This document shows positions 1 to 7,723 of a stretch of DNA of 64,000 nt, in pieces. The position numbers were made by a program, and so were the translations under genes. The DNA lies in contig CAVQVN010000005.1 in NCBI GenBank assembly GCA_963717135.1, positions 126,779 to 190,778 on the forward strand. The letters run 5' to 3'. Every line of letters begins with the position of its first letter. Position 1 is the stretch's first letter. The stretch is from an uncultured Actinomycetota bacterium. GTDB lineage: Bacteria; Actinomycetota; Acidimicrobiia; Spongiisociales; UBA4744. A model generated the notes under the pieces. That model had not been told where the DNA came from, ran no database searches, and was given only the letters and a program-made list of their open reading frames with translations.

Positions 1-641
1 TTGAACGTCAGGTGTGCTTGCCTGGTCGTGGCGTCGAGGGTCGGCACCGCCTCGGCGGTCAAACCCGCGGAGCCGGCCGGCAGCAGGAAGAGACTCAATC
101 CTCCGGGCGTTTTGGCCGCCACCAGCAGCAAATCGACGGCGGCGCCGAACAGCACGTTGGTCTTGTTGCCGGTGAGAACCCACCCGTCATCAGAGGCTTC
201 GGCCGACATGGAGATATTCGAGATATCCGCCCCCGCCGGTCCTTCAAACAATGCCACCCCCACGGTTGCATCTCCCATGGAGATGCCGGGGAGGTATGCC
301 AGTTTCTGCTGCTCGGTTCCGGCGGTGAGGATGGCATCGGCCGCCATCACTACCGTGGATAGGAACGGTCCGGGGAACAATGCTCGACCGAGCTCTTCGA
401 GCACGATGCTCAGTTCGGAAAACGAATACCCGGCGCCGCCGTAGGCCTCCGGAATAGCCAGGCTGTGCCAGCCCAGCTCGGCCCCGGCCTGCCACAGCTT
501 CCGATCGAAACCGTCGTCCGTCTCGGAGATTTCCCTGATTCTGTCCGTCGGCGCCCGATCGGCCAGGAAACGGCGGGTCGTTTGGCGAAGCATCTCCTGG
601 GCTTCGGTCAAGGCGAAGTCAACGGTGATCGGCTCAGCCAC
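1..641 (-). CDS. acyl-CoA dehydrogenase family protein, N-terminal part (3' end runs off the window)
   Basis: Not in the supplied ORF track. Minus-strand translation from GTG 641-639: VAEPITVDFALTEAQEMLRQTTRRFLADRAPTDRIREISETDDGFDRKLWQAGAELGWHSLAIPEAYGGAGYSFSELSIVLEELGRALFPGPF... This is a typical ACAD N-terminal domain, open to position 1. GGAGG lies 6 nt upstream. The start overlaps the upstream stop (GTGGCTGA). Confidence 0.8.
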   Translation of the reverse strand, partial: MAEPITVDFALTEAQEMLRQTTRRFLADRAPTDRIREISETDDGFDRKLWQAGAELGWHSLAIPEAYGGAGYSFSELSIVLEELGRALFPGPFLSTVVMAADAILTAGTEQQKLAYLPGISMGDATVGVALFEGPAGADISNISMSAEASDDGWVLTGNKTNVLFGAAVDLLLVAAKTPGGLSLFLLPAGSAGLTAEAVPTLDATTRQAHLTF

Positions 642-1827
642 GGGGCACCTCCTTCCAGGGCAGGTCCTTGTCGACACGTGGCTCTCCCGGTAGTCCGAGC
701 ACTCGCTCGCCGACGATGTTCTTCATGATCTCGGACGTGCCTCCTTCGATCGAATTGGCCCGGGCCCTCAAGAAGTTGCGCTGCGGGGTGCCTTCCGCTT
801 CGAATTCCGTCGGCCGATGCAGCACGTAACCGCCGGGGTAGAGCGTCCCGTCCCAACCCATCAACTCCACGGTGAAGGCGGTGATGGCTTTGTTGAGGTC
901 GGCCCAGGCCAGCTTGCCGGTCGAACCCTCCGGGCCGGGGGTGCCGGCCTTCCGCATCTGATTGGCCCGCAGGGTGGTCAAACGCAGCGCCTCCCAATCT
1001 GCCCAGAGCCGGGTCAGTTCGTCGCGAGCGCCGGGATCTGAATGGCCGTAGTCCTTCCAAGCCTCGATGGCCGCTTCTATCGATCCTGCTCCGCGCGGCA
1101 ATGCCCGGCTGCCGATCGCGACTCTTTCATTCATCAGGGTGGTCATCGACACCCGCCAACCTGCCCCGACCTCGTCGATGCGGTAGGCATCCGGCACCCG
1201 GACGTCGGTGAAGAAGACCTCGTTGAATTCCGCTTCACCCGTGATCTGGTACATCGGCCTGACGTCGACCCCCTCTGCCTTCATGTCGACGATGAAGTAG
1301 GTGATCCCGGCGTGCTTCGGGACATCCGGATCGGTGCGCACCGGGATCATGCCCCACTTGGCGATGTGGGCCAGCGTCGTCCAGGTCTTCTGCCCGTTCA
1401 TGATCCACTCGTCACCGTCCCGCACCGCCTTGGCCGAGAGGTTGGCCAGGTCGGATCCGGCGCCCGGTTCCGAGAAGAGCTGGCACCACATGTCCTCGGT
1501 GGTGAACATCGGTCTCAACCATCTCGCCTTCTGCTCATCGGTCCCGTGGGCGTCCAGCACCCCGGCCCCCATTCCGATCCCCAGGAGGTTCAACTCCCGG
1601 TTCCAGGTCGGAGCTCCGGCCCCCTCGATGGCTTGCTGGACCACGGATTGGAATCTGGGGCTGATGCCCAGGCCACCAAATCCTTCGGGAAACTGGACCC
1701 AGGCGAGACCGAGGTCGTACTGCTTGCCCCAGAACTCCTGAGGGTTGGTGTCCTGATCGAAGCCACTCAGCAGCTGTTCCAGGCGCCCGGCGACCAGTGT
1801 CTCGGCATGTTCACCCTTGTCGGTCAT
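634..1827 (-). CDS. acyl-CoA dehydrogenase family protein
   Basis: ORF 634..1863 is ACAD-like along its length (GMGAGVLDAHGTDEQKARWLRPMFTTEDMWCQLFSEPGAGSDLA). Start placed at ATG 1827 (GGAGAGGGG 8 nt upstream); 1863 is the alternative. Confidence 0.85.
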   Translation of the reverse strand: MTDKGEHAETLVAGRLEQLLSGFDQDTNPQEFWGKQYDLGLAWVQFPEGFGGLGISPRFQSVVQQAIEGAGAPTWNRELNLLGIGMGAGVLDAHGTDEQKARWLRPMFTTEDMWCQLFSEPGAGSDLANLSAKAVRDGDEWIMNGQKTWTTLAHIAKWGMIPVRTDPDVPKHAGITYFIVDMKAEGVDVRPMYQITGEAEFNEVFFTDVRVPDAYRIDEVGAGWRVSMTTLMNERVAIGSRALPRGAGSIEAAIEAWKDYGHSDPGARDELTRLWADWEALRLTTLRANQMRKAGTPGPEGSTGKLAWADLNKAITAFTVELMGWDGTLYPGGYVLHRPTEFEAEGTPQRNFLRARANSIEGGTSEIMKNIVGERVLGLPGEPRVDKDLPWKEVPRG

Positions 1828-1974
1828 TGGTGGACCCCTCTCCGGTGGTTGACTCCGAGGCATTCTAGTTAATCATCGTTCACATCTCAAAGGGTCGGCC
1901 TCTGGGTCCACGATTCCCTCCAAGGCGCCTCATAGAGAGGCCGATGAAGGACAACGCGGACGGGTCGATACGAT

Positions 1975-1994
1975 TTGTAAACGTCAGTTCACAA
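1975..1994. promoter_or_regulatory. candidate operator: inverted repeat TTGTAAAC-gtca-GTTCACAA
   Basis: Arms are 7/8 complementary with a 4-nt spacer. It sits in the AT-richer spacer about 150 nt upstream of the ACAD start at 1827. Confidence 0.3.
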
Positions 1995-2006
1995 GAAAAG
2001 ACGACA

Positions 2007-3209
2007 TCAGCCGCGCAGATCCACCGATCCGTGTTTCCCGAGCTCGACCCGGGCGACCACGTTGCGGTGCACTTCATCGGCGCCGTCGTAGATGCGGCCG
2101 GCCCGCTCATGGCGGTACCAGAACGCCAGCGGTGTGTAGTCGGTCATGCCCATGCCGCCGTGGACCTGAACGGCTCGATCGAGCACCCGTTGCAGCACGT
2201 TGGCTACGAAGAATTTGATAGCGGAGATCTCTGCGCGAGCTGCCTTATTGCCGCCTTCTTCGAGCTTGCGGGCGGCGTCGAGCACCATCAACCGGGCGGC
2301 GTTGGTCTCGGCCCGGCTGTCGGCGATCCAGTGCTGGACTACCTGACGGGTGGCCAGCGGCCGGCCGGGAGCCAGCTCCCGGTCGATGGCGTAACGGCAC
2401 ATCAGCGCGATGGCTCGCTCGCAAATGCCGATCCAGCGCATCGTGTGGTGAATACGGCCGGGACCCAGCCGCTCCTGCGCCAGCACGAACCCATCGCCTT
2501 CCCCGCCGATGCGGTTGGTGACCGGGACCCGGCAGTCGTTGAACGACACCTCGGCGTGGCTGGCCCATCCCGAGCCGACGTCACCCATGACCGGGGTGTT
2601 GCGCACGAGTACGAATCCTTCGGTGTCCGTGGGGACGATGATTTGACTAGCCTTTCGATAGCGGTCGGCCCCCGGGTTGGTGACGGCCATGACGATGGTG
2701 AAGGCGGCCCCGTCGGCGGCGCTGGTGAACCATTTGTCGCCGTTGATGATGTACTCGCCGCCATCCCGCACCGCGGTCGTCGACATCCAGGTCGGGTTGG
2801 AGCCGGCGTGACCCGGTTCGGTCATCGAAAACGAGCTGCGGATATCGCCGCCGACCAAAGGTTTGAGCCATTGTTCTTTCTGCTCGTCGCTCCCAAACCC
2901 GAGCAGCAGTTCCATGTTCCCAACATCGGGCGCCTGGGCGTTGCACACGTAGTGACCGAGCGGAGTGCGACCCAGTTCCTCGCTCAGATGAGCAAACTCC
3001 TCCAGCGACATCCCGGCACCCCCCACTTCCCTGGGAAGGGCCGGCGCCCACATGCCCATCGCTTTGGCGAGCCCCCGCACCCGGGTGACCTCCGGTTCCA
3101 GTTCCTCATGAGATCCGGTCAGGAAAAGCGGTTCGAGAGGGATGACCTCTCGATTGACAAACTCTCGAGCAGTGGCCAGCAGATCGGAGAGGGAAGACGA
3201 AATGGTCAT
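2007..3209 (-). CDS. acyl-CoA dehydrogenase (FadE-type)
   Basis: ORF 2007..3554. The ACAD sequence begins at MTISSSLSDLLATAREFVNREVIPLEP (ATG 3209). The 115 codons upstream read through intergenic repeats and are rejected. Motifs seen: SFSMTEPGHAGSNP and GGMGMTDYTPLAFWYRHERAGRIYDGADEVH. Confidence 0.85.
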   Translation of the reverse strand: MTISSSLSDLLATAREFVNREVIPLEPLFLTGSHEELEPEVTRVRGLAKAMGMWAPALPREVGGAGMSLEEFAHLSEELGRTPLGHYVCNAQAPDVGNMELLLGFGSDEQKEQWLKPLVGGDIRSSFSMTEPGHAGSNPTWMSTTAVRDGGEYIINGDKWFTSAADGAAFTIVMAVTNPGADRYRKASQIIVPTDTEGFVLVRNTPVMGDVGSGWASHAEVSFNDCRVPVTNRIGGEGDGFVLAQERLGPGRIHHTMRWIGICERAIALMCRYAIDRELAPGRPLATRQVVQHWIADSRAETNAARLMVLDAARKLEEGGNKAARAEISAIKFFVANVLQRVLDRAVQVHGGMGMTDYTPLAFWYRHERAGRIYDGADEVHRNVVARVELGKHGSVDLRG

Positions 3210-3259
3210 GAGGGGATGATAGGAGGACGGGAAAGCGGAATGAGTGGCCAAGGTCTCTG

Positions 3260-3324
3260 CCCCCTCCGCTTCTCGCCTACTCGGCGAGAACCACCTCCCC
3301 CGCTTCACAGCGGGAGAGGACGCC
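3260..3324 (-). repeat. ~65-nt intergenic repeat family, diverged inverted copy
   Basis: CCCCCTCCGCTTCTCGCCTACTCGGCGAGAACCACCTCCCCCGCTTCACAGCGGGAGAGGACGCC aligns by eye to the reverse complement of copy 3351-3415. Shared blocks are CCTCCG, CTCGGC, CACCTCCCCCG and GAGGACGC. Confidence 0.55.
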
Positions 3325-3350
3325 AAGAAACCCAAGCTCGAAGCTCGAAG

Positions 3351-3415
3351 CCCCCTCAACGCGTCCTCCACCGGCGTCAGACGGGGGAGGTGGCCGAGCG
3401 AAGCGAGGTCGGAGG
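3351..3415 (+). repeat. ~65-nt intergenic repeat family, copy 1
   Basis: CCCCCTCAACGCGTCCTCCACCGGCGTCAGACGGGGGAGGTGGCCGAGCGAAGCGAGGTCGGAGG. Confidence 0.85.
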
Positions 3416-3464
3416 AGGCAAAACCCCAACCACCTGCTACACCAATGCCCCCTCCGTCGCCAAG

Positions 3465-3531
3465 CCCCCTCAACGCGTCTTCCACCGGCGTCAGACGGGG
3501 GAGGTGGCCGAGCACAGCGAGGTCGGAGGGG
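3465..3531 (+). repeat. ~65-nt intergenic repeat family, copy 2
   Basis: Differs from copy 1 at 3 positions over 65 nt by my hand alignment. Confidence 0.85.
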
Positions 3532-3557
3532 GCAAGGCGGAGGAGGCAACACAATGA

Positions 3558-3905
3558 TCAGGTTTCGAGAAAGACCCTCACGGTGGCGAGCACATCATCG
3601 AGATGCTTGTCGACTTGTTTGCTGTCGAAATGCAGAACCACCCAACCCTCGCTTCTCAGCCAGTGATCCCTTCTCTGGGCATAGGTGGCATCCCCGTAAT
3701 GGTGGGTCATGCCGTCGACTTCGAGAATCAACCGGCGTGAGCGACACACGAAATCAGCAATGTATGGCCCGATCGGTTCCTGACGTCGGAACCTCACACC
3801 TAGTTTCGATCGCCGCAAGGCTTCCCACATCCGGAGTTTCCCCCAGGTTGGGTTCCTTCGCATCGACCGAGCACGTTCCAGCTGCTGTCGTGTTCTCCTG
3901 GCCAT
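3558..3905 (-). CDS. DUF559 (Vsr-like endonuclease fold) domain protein
   Basis: 115 aa. RNPTWGKLRMWEALRRSKLGVRFRRQEPIGPYIADFVCRSRRLILEVDGMTHH...RDHWLRSEGWVVLHF matches the DUF559 pattern as I remember it. Flanked by the 65-nt repeats. Confidence 0.75.
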   Translation of the reverse strand: MARRTRQQLERARSMRRNPTWGKLRMWEALRRSKLGVRFRRQEPIGPYIADFVCRSRRLILEVDGMTHHYGDATYAQRRDHWLRSEGWVVLHFDSKQVDKHLDDVLATVRVFLET

Positions 3906-3965
3906 CGACTATCCATACCAAGCGAACCCGACCGTTGCTAGAGGTCTGCCCCCCCTCCAAGCTCT

Positions 3966-4031
3966 CCCTCAACGCGTCCTCCACCGGCGTCAGACGGGGG
4001 CAGGTGGCCGAGCGCAGCGAGGTCGGAGGGG
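3966..4031 (+). repeat. ~65-nt intergenic repeat family, copy 3
   Basis: CCCTCAACGCGTCCTCCACCGGCGTCAGACGGGGGCAGGTGGCCGAGCGCAGCGAGGTCGGAGGGG. One 1-nt insertion and a few substitutions relative to copy 1. The lead-in AGGTCTGCCCCCCCTCC resembles 3251-3267. Confidence 0.85.
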
Positions 4032-4039
4032 AAGGGCCT

Positions 4040-4200
4040 GTCCGCCGTCCGCTATCCGCTATGCGCTATCAGCTTTCACTTCGTACTTTGTACCTCGTAC
4101 CTCGTACCGCGACCACCATTGCTGGGAGGTTAGGGGGCGAGCGAAACCTGAAACCTGCAACCTGAAACCTCCCTGCTCGAAGCTCGTGGCTCGTGCTGAA
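4040..4200. repeat. composite heptanucleotide word arrays (four blocks)
   Basis: Blocks: GTCCGCC GTCCGCT ATCCGCT ATGCGCT ATCAGCT (4040-4074); TCGTACT TTGTACC TCGTACC TCGTACC (4081-4108); GCGAAAC CTGAAAC CTGCAAC CTGAAAC CTCCCTG CTCGAAG CTCGTGG CTCGTGC (4141-4196, one register). Confidence 0.9.
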
Positions 4201-4234
4201 GCGGAGAAAGGCCCCCGGAGGGGCCTTTCTCCGC
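4201..4234. terminator. perfect hairpin, 15-bp stem and 4-nt loop (intrinsic-terminator-like, no U tract)
   Basis: GCGGAGAAAGGCCCC-cgga-GGGGCCTTTCTCCGC, 19 nt downstream of the SBP stop at 4253. Confidence 0.65.
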
Positions 4235-4252
4235 TTGCTGGCTTGTTGACGT

Positions 4253-5680
4253 CTACCCGGCGCAGGCCGCGGTGAACGTATACGCCTCGGCGGTCGGGCC
4301 TACGAAGAAGCCCGAGTCGCTCGTCGAAGCATCCTGGATGGTCTCTATTCCGGTCGTCGCCTCTTCGCTGTACTTGCCGATCACCGATGTGCGCGGGTAC
4401 ACCGCCGGATCATTGGGATCACCGGCGAAGGATCGGGTGGGCATCATGCCCTCGTAGTCAACGTCGGTGAGCGCGAAGGCCGCAGTCTCGATGCCCTCAT
4501 GGGACAGGTCACCGAGCTCATAGGCAGACTCCAGGGCCGCCTTGATCGCGTACTGCGACACCCAGCCGGCGGCGAAGAAGTCGTTGGCCGGGAATCCGGC
4601 AGCCTCTACGCCTGCCCGCAGTTTGGCGTGTCCTGCCGAGTCGTAATCCCAGCCCGCCACAAAGGAAGACTGGAAGAAAATCCCGGATTGAAAGGCCGGG
4701 GCGGCCGGCGAACCAAGCAAGGCGACGTTCCAGCTGGGTCCGGCCCCGATGAACAAGGGCACGCTGGCCGCCATCTGCTGGGCGGCGCCACCGACAATGG
4801 CAGCCGTCTCGCTAGGACCCGTCACCACGAACACAATATCGACCGGTTCTGCCACAATCTTGGCGACTGCTTCCGTCTGGGTCGGGTCGCCCCCGGACGA
4901 GGCGGGAATGACCGGCTGTTCCCAGGCAACGGTGATTCCATTGGCTTCAGCGGCGATCTTCACGCCGGCGCCGTAGTCCAATCCGTAGTCATTGGGAATG
5001 AAGGCGATGCCGGCCGTCGTAAATTCCCGGCCAATGGCCGGAATGGCCACCGTTGCCCAGTCGACGGCGTTCATCGCTTCAAAGCAGTAGCCGGTGCCGA
5101 ACTCTAGAACCCGATCCTCGTAGGCCCAGCCGGACCACCAGGACATCGGCGCCGCCACTGTGTGGTCTCGCGCATAATCGGGCAGCACAGCCAGAGTCTG
5201 GGGCGTGCCGAGCGACTGGGCAACGGCCGCCACATCTTCGGCTATCTGGGCATACGATGTCACCATGACGTCGTCCTGGTAGCCGGTGTCCTTCTTCAGG
5301 TCTTCCGGCAAGGCCACGTCGTAGGCACCGCCGATGCCGCCCTGGGCGTTGACCGTCGCCCAGAACAGCGACTGGCCCCCGTAAAGAGCCGGAGCCGCAC
5401 CGGCGAACGGGCCGGACTCGTCGGTAAGGACCCCCAGATAGATGCAGCCGTGATCCGGATTACCGCCCGGGCAGGGCTCCTCGGTCACGCCGGGACCCGT
5501 GATGATCTCCATCATGGCTTCTGTGGTGGTCGTCTCGGCGGCGGTAGTAGTCGTCTGCGCCGCCGTTGTGGTCGTCTCGGCGGCGGTGGTGGTCGTCTCC
5601 TCTGCCTGTTCGTTGCTGCAGGCGGCGGCTACCAGTGCCAGCACGGCCAGCACCACGAGCAGCTTGGTCCATCTCCTCAT
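4253..5680 (-). CDS. ABC transporter substrate-binding lipoprotein (Liv/HAAT type, PBP1 fold)
   Basis: Start at ATG 5680 with GGAGGAGGG upstream. Signal peptide plus lipobox: MRRWTKLLVVLAVLALVAAAC. A Thr/Ala linker (ETTTTAA x4) precedes a LivJ-like body. Confidence 0.85.
   Translation of the reverse strand: MRRWTKLLVVLAVLALVAAACSNEQAEETTTTAAETTTTAAQTTTTAAETTTTEAMMEIITGPGVTEEPCPGGNPDHGCIYLGVLTDESGPFAGAAPALYGGQSLFWATVNAQGGIGGAYDVALPEDLKKDTGYQDDVMVTSYAQIAEDVAAVAQSLGTPQTLAVLPDYARDHTVAAPMSWWSGWAYEDRVLEFGTGYCFEAMNAVDWATVAIPAIGREFTTAGIAFIPNDYGLDYGAGVKIAAEANGITVAWEQPVIPASSGGDPTQTEAVAKIVAEPVDIVFVVTGPSETAAIVGGAAQQMAASVPLFIGAGPSWNVALLGSPAAPAFQSGIFFQSSFVAGWDYDSAGHAKLRAGVEAAGFPANDFFAAGWVSQYAIKAALESAYELGDLSHEGIETAAFALTDVDYEGMMPTRSFAGDPNDPAVYPRTSVIGKYSEEATTGIETIQDASTSDSGFFVGPTAEAYTFTAACAG
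5522..5605 (-). repeat. in-frame 21-nt tandem repeat, 4 copies, encoding the (ETTTTAA)n linker
   Basis: Plus-strand units: TGTGGTGGTCGTCTCGGCGGC / GGTAGTAGTCGTCTGCGCCGC / CGTTGTGGTCGTCTCGGCGGC / GGTGGTGGTCGTCTCCTCTGC. Confidence 0.8.
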
Positions 5681-5720
5681 CAGTTCCCTCCTCCGTTTTC
5701 CTTGCACTTGTCGGGGCCGT

Positions 5721-6830
5721 TCAATAAGAGAACGGCCAGGCTTTCCAGTAGTTGCGGATACGAATCCAGATGCCGTACAAACCGAGCGGTTCAAATATCA
5801 AGAACCCTACGATCAGCAGACCAAAAACGACGCGCTCGAGTTGCGATGTACTCAGCAATCCTGATGACGATACCTCAAAGAAAGGCAACGCACTGCCGAG
5901 GGCATCGATGATGCGCGGCAGCAGAGTCAAGAAGAGAGCTCCCATGATCGAGCCGGCGATACTGGCGGCACCTCCAATCACCACCATGGCGATATAGGTA
6001 ATCGACAACAAGAGATTGAACGAGACCGCGTTGACGAAGCCGGTAACAGTGTAGAGAAGTGCTCCCGCCACCCCGGCATAAAACGAGGAGATGGCGAAAG
6101 CCAGGATCTTGGTGCGGGTCAGATCGATGCCCATGACCTCGGCCGCGATGTCACGGTCGCGCACTGCCGCGAAAGCCCGGCCCACCCGTGAGCGAACCAG
6201 GTTCTTGGCAAAGAACGCCGCAACGATGAGCATCACAAGAGCCACCCAATAGATCTGCTGTTCTCTGGTAACGGTGACGCTCCCAAAAGTGCCGTCCAAG
6301 TCGAAGCGATACCCGAGCAGCTTCAGCTGAGCAGGCTCGCGACCGGTGGTCGAGCCCCCGGTCAGTGAATCCCACTCCCGGAAGATGTGTTCGCCGAGGA
6401 ACACCAAACCAAGGGTGACGAGCGCCAGATAGAGACCTTTGAGCCGCATAGCGATCGGAGCTACGAGAGCCCCCACCAAGGCGGCGATCAAGCCGGCCGC
6501 TGGGATCCAGATAAGCATGTCGAGACCAAGCCCCCATACCTCTTCGGTCCCCTCGCCTCCCAACGCGGCAGCTGCGTAGGCGCCAACGCCCAGAAAGAAG
6601 GCGTGACCAAGCGAAACCTGACCGGCGTAGCCCGTAACCAGGTTGAGACCGATCACCCCGACTGCGGCGATCAAGGCTTGGGCAAAGAGAATCATCCAAT
6701 CGCGGGGAAGCCCGAACGGGAGAACGATGGCGACCAGCAGCAAGATCGCCAGCCACACACGCTGGGTGTTGTTCCGGAGAATCGCCGAATCGGCCTCGTA
6801 GCGGGTGAATAGCTCGGGACGACCTCTCAT
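5721..6830 (-). CDS. branched-chain-amino-acid-type ABC transporter permease (LivM-like)
   Basis: 369 aa polytopic membrane protein with LivM-like sequence. ATGA overlap with the upstream permease gene. Confidence 0.85.
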   Translation of the reverse strand: MRGRPELFTRYEADSAILRNNTQRVWLAILLLVAIVLPFGLPRDWMILFAQALIAAVGVIGLNLVTGYAGQVSLGHAFFLGVGAYAAAALGGEGTEEVWGLGLDMLIWIPAAGLIAALVGALVAPIAMRLKGLYLALVTLGLVFLGEHIFREWDSLTGGSTTGREPAQLKLLGYRFDLDGTFGSVTVTREQQIYWVALVMLIVAAFFAKNLVRSRVGRAFAAVRDRDIAAEVMGIDLTRTKILAFAISSFYAGVAGALLYTVTGFVNAVSFNLLLSITYIAMVVIGGAASIAGSIMGALFLTLLPRIIDALGSALPFFEVSSSGLLSTSQLERVVFGLLIVGFLIFEPLGLYGIWIRIRNYWKAWPFSY

Positions 6831-7723
6831 ACGCGCTCAACCTCGCGGGTCCCGAAGAGTCCGTAGGGACGGACCAACAACACAATCAACATCACGACGT
6901 AGGGAACCACCTGGCTGAAGTTGAAGCCAAGAAACCCCAGGTATTGAGACTGGTAGGTGGCGGTGTAGGCCTCGGCTAGTCCGATTATCAACCCGCCCAG
7001 CACGGCTCCGCCAACGGAGTCGAGACCACCGACCACGATCGCCGGGAGGGCCTTGAGCGCGATGACCCAGGTACTCTGGTTGAGCCCGCTCAGATCGGTG
7101 GAAGCAAACGTACCGGCCAGGGCCGCCATGGCTCCCGCCAGGATCCAGGCGACGGCAAAGATGCGTCCGACATTGATTCCCTGTGCCAAAGCAGTCTCTT
7201 GGTCAAAAGCCGTGGCTCGCATGGCCAACCCAACCCGGGAGTAGCGGAAAAAGGCGAAGATCGCCACGACTACCACCACCGCGGTCACCACCATCGCCGC
7301 CCCGCGCTGCTGAATGATCACCCCCTCCACGTTCCAGGTGTTGAAACCCCAGGGGTCGCCGACGGTGCGGATGTTCAAGCCGATGGCAGTGGTGACCGGG
7401 GTGCGGATGGCGATGTCGAGACCGATGGTGAGGATGGCGATCGCAAACACGGGTTTGCCGATCATCGGACGGATGAAGACCCATTGCGCAGCCAAACCGA
7501 GAAGGGCCGTTGCGATAACGCCGCCCAGCAAAGCCAGCCAGAAGTTCCAACCGCGGTCCAAAGTGAAGTACGACACCATATAGGCCCCAAAGATCATCAC
7601 CGCCGGATGGGCGAAGCTCAGCACCTGCATCGACTTGTAGATGATCACGAACCCCAGTGCCAAGAGGATGTAGATCGAGGCCAGCGACAACCCCGCCACG
7701 GTGGCCTGGAGGAACTGGGTCAC
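6827..7723 (-). CDS. branched-chain-amino-acid-type ABC transporter permease (LivH-like)
   Basis: 298 aa. MTQFLQATVAGLSLASIYILLALGFVIIYKS is a typical LivH N-terminus. GTG start with a GTGA overlap on the upstream stop. Confidence 0.85.
   Translation of the reverse strand: MTQFLQATVAGLSLASIYILLALGFVIIYKSMQVLSFAHPAVMIFGAYMVSYFTLDRGWNFWLALLGGVIATALLGLAAQWVFIRPMIGKPVFAIAILTIGLDIAIRTPVTTAIGLNIRTVGDPWGFNTWNVEGVIIQQRGAAMVVTAVVVVVAIFAFFRYSRVGLAMRATAFDQETALAQGINVGRIFAVAWILAGAMAALAGTFASTDLSGLNQSTWVIALKALPAIVVGGLDSVGGAVLGGLIIGLAEAYTATYQSQYLGFLGFNFSQVVPYVVMLIVLLVRPYGLFGTREVERV

Noticed and set aside
3210-3554. N-terminal 115-codon extension of the ACAD ORF 2007-3554
   Set aside because: It translates two copies of the 65-nt intergenic repeat (..LGHLPRLTPVEDALRGL.. 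twice). The ACAD homology begins at ATG 3209.
1944-3557. 537-aa plus-strand ORF
   Set aside because: It is antisense to a clear acyl-CoA dehydrogenase and its 3' part reads through intergenic repeats. The low-complexity Arg/Gly/Pro-rich translation is typical of shadow ORFs in GC-rich DNA.
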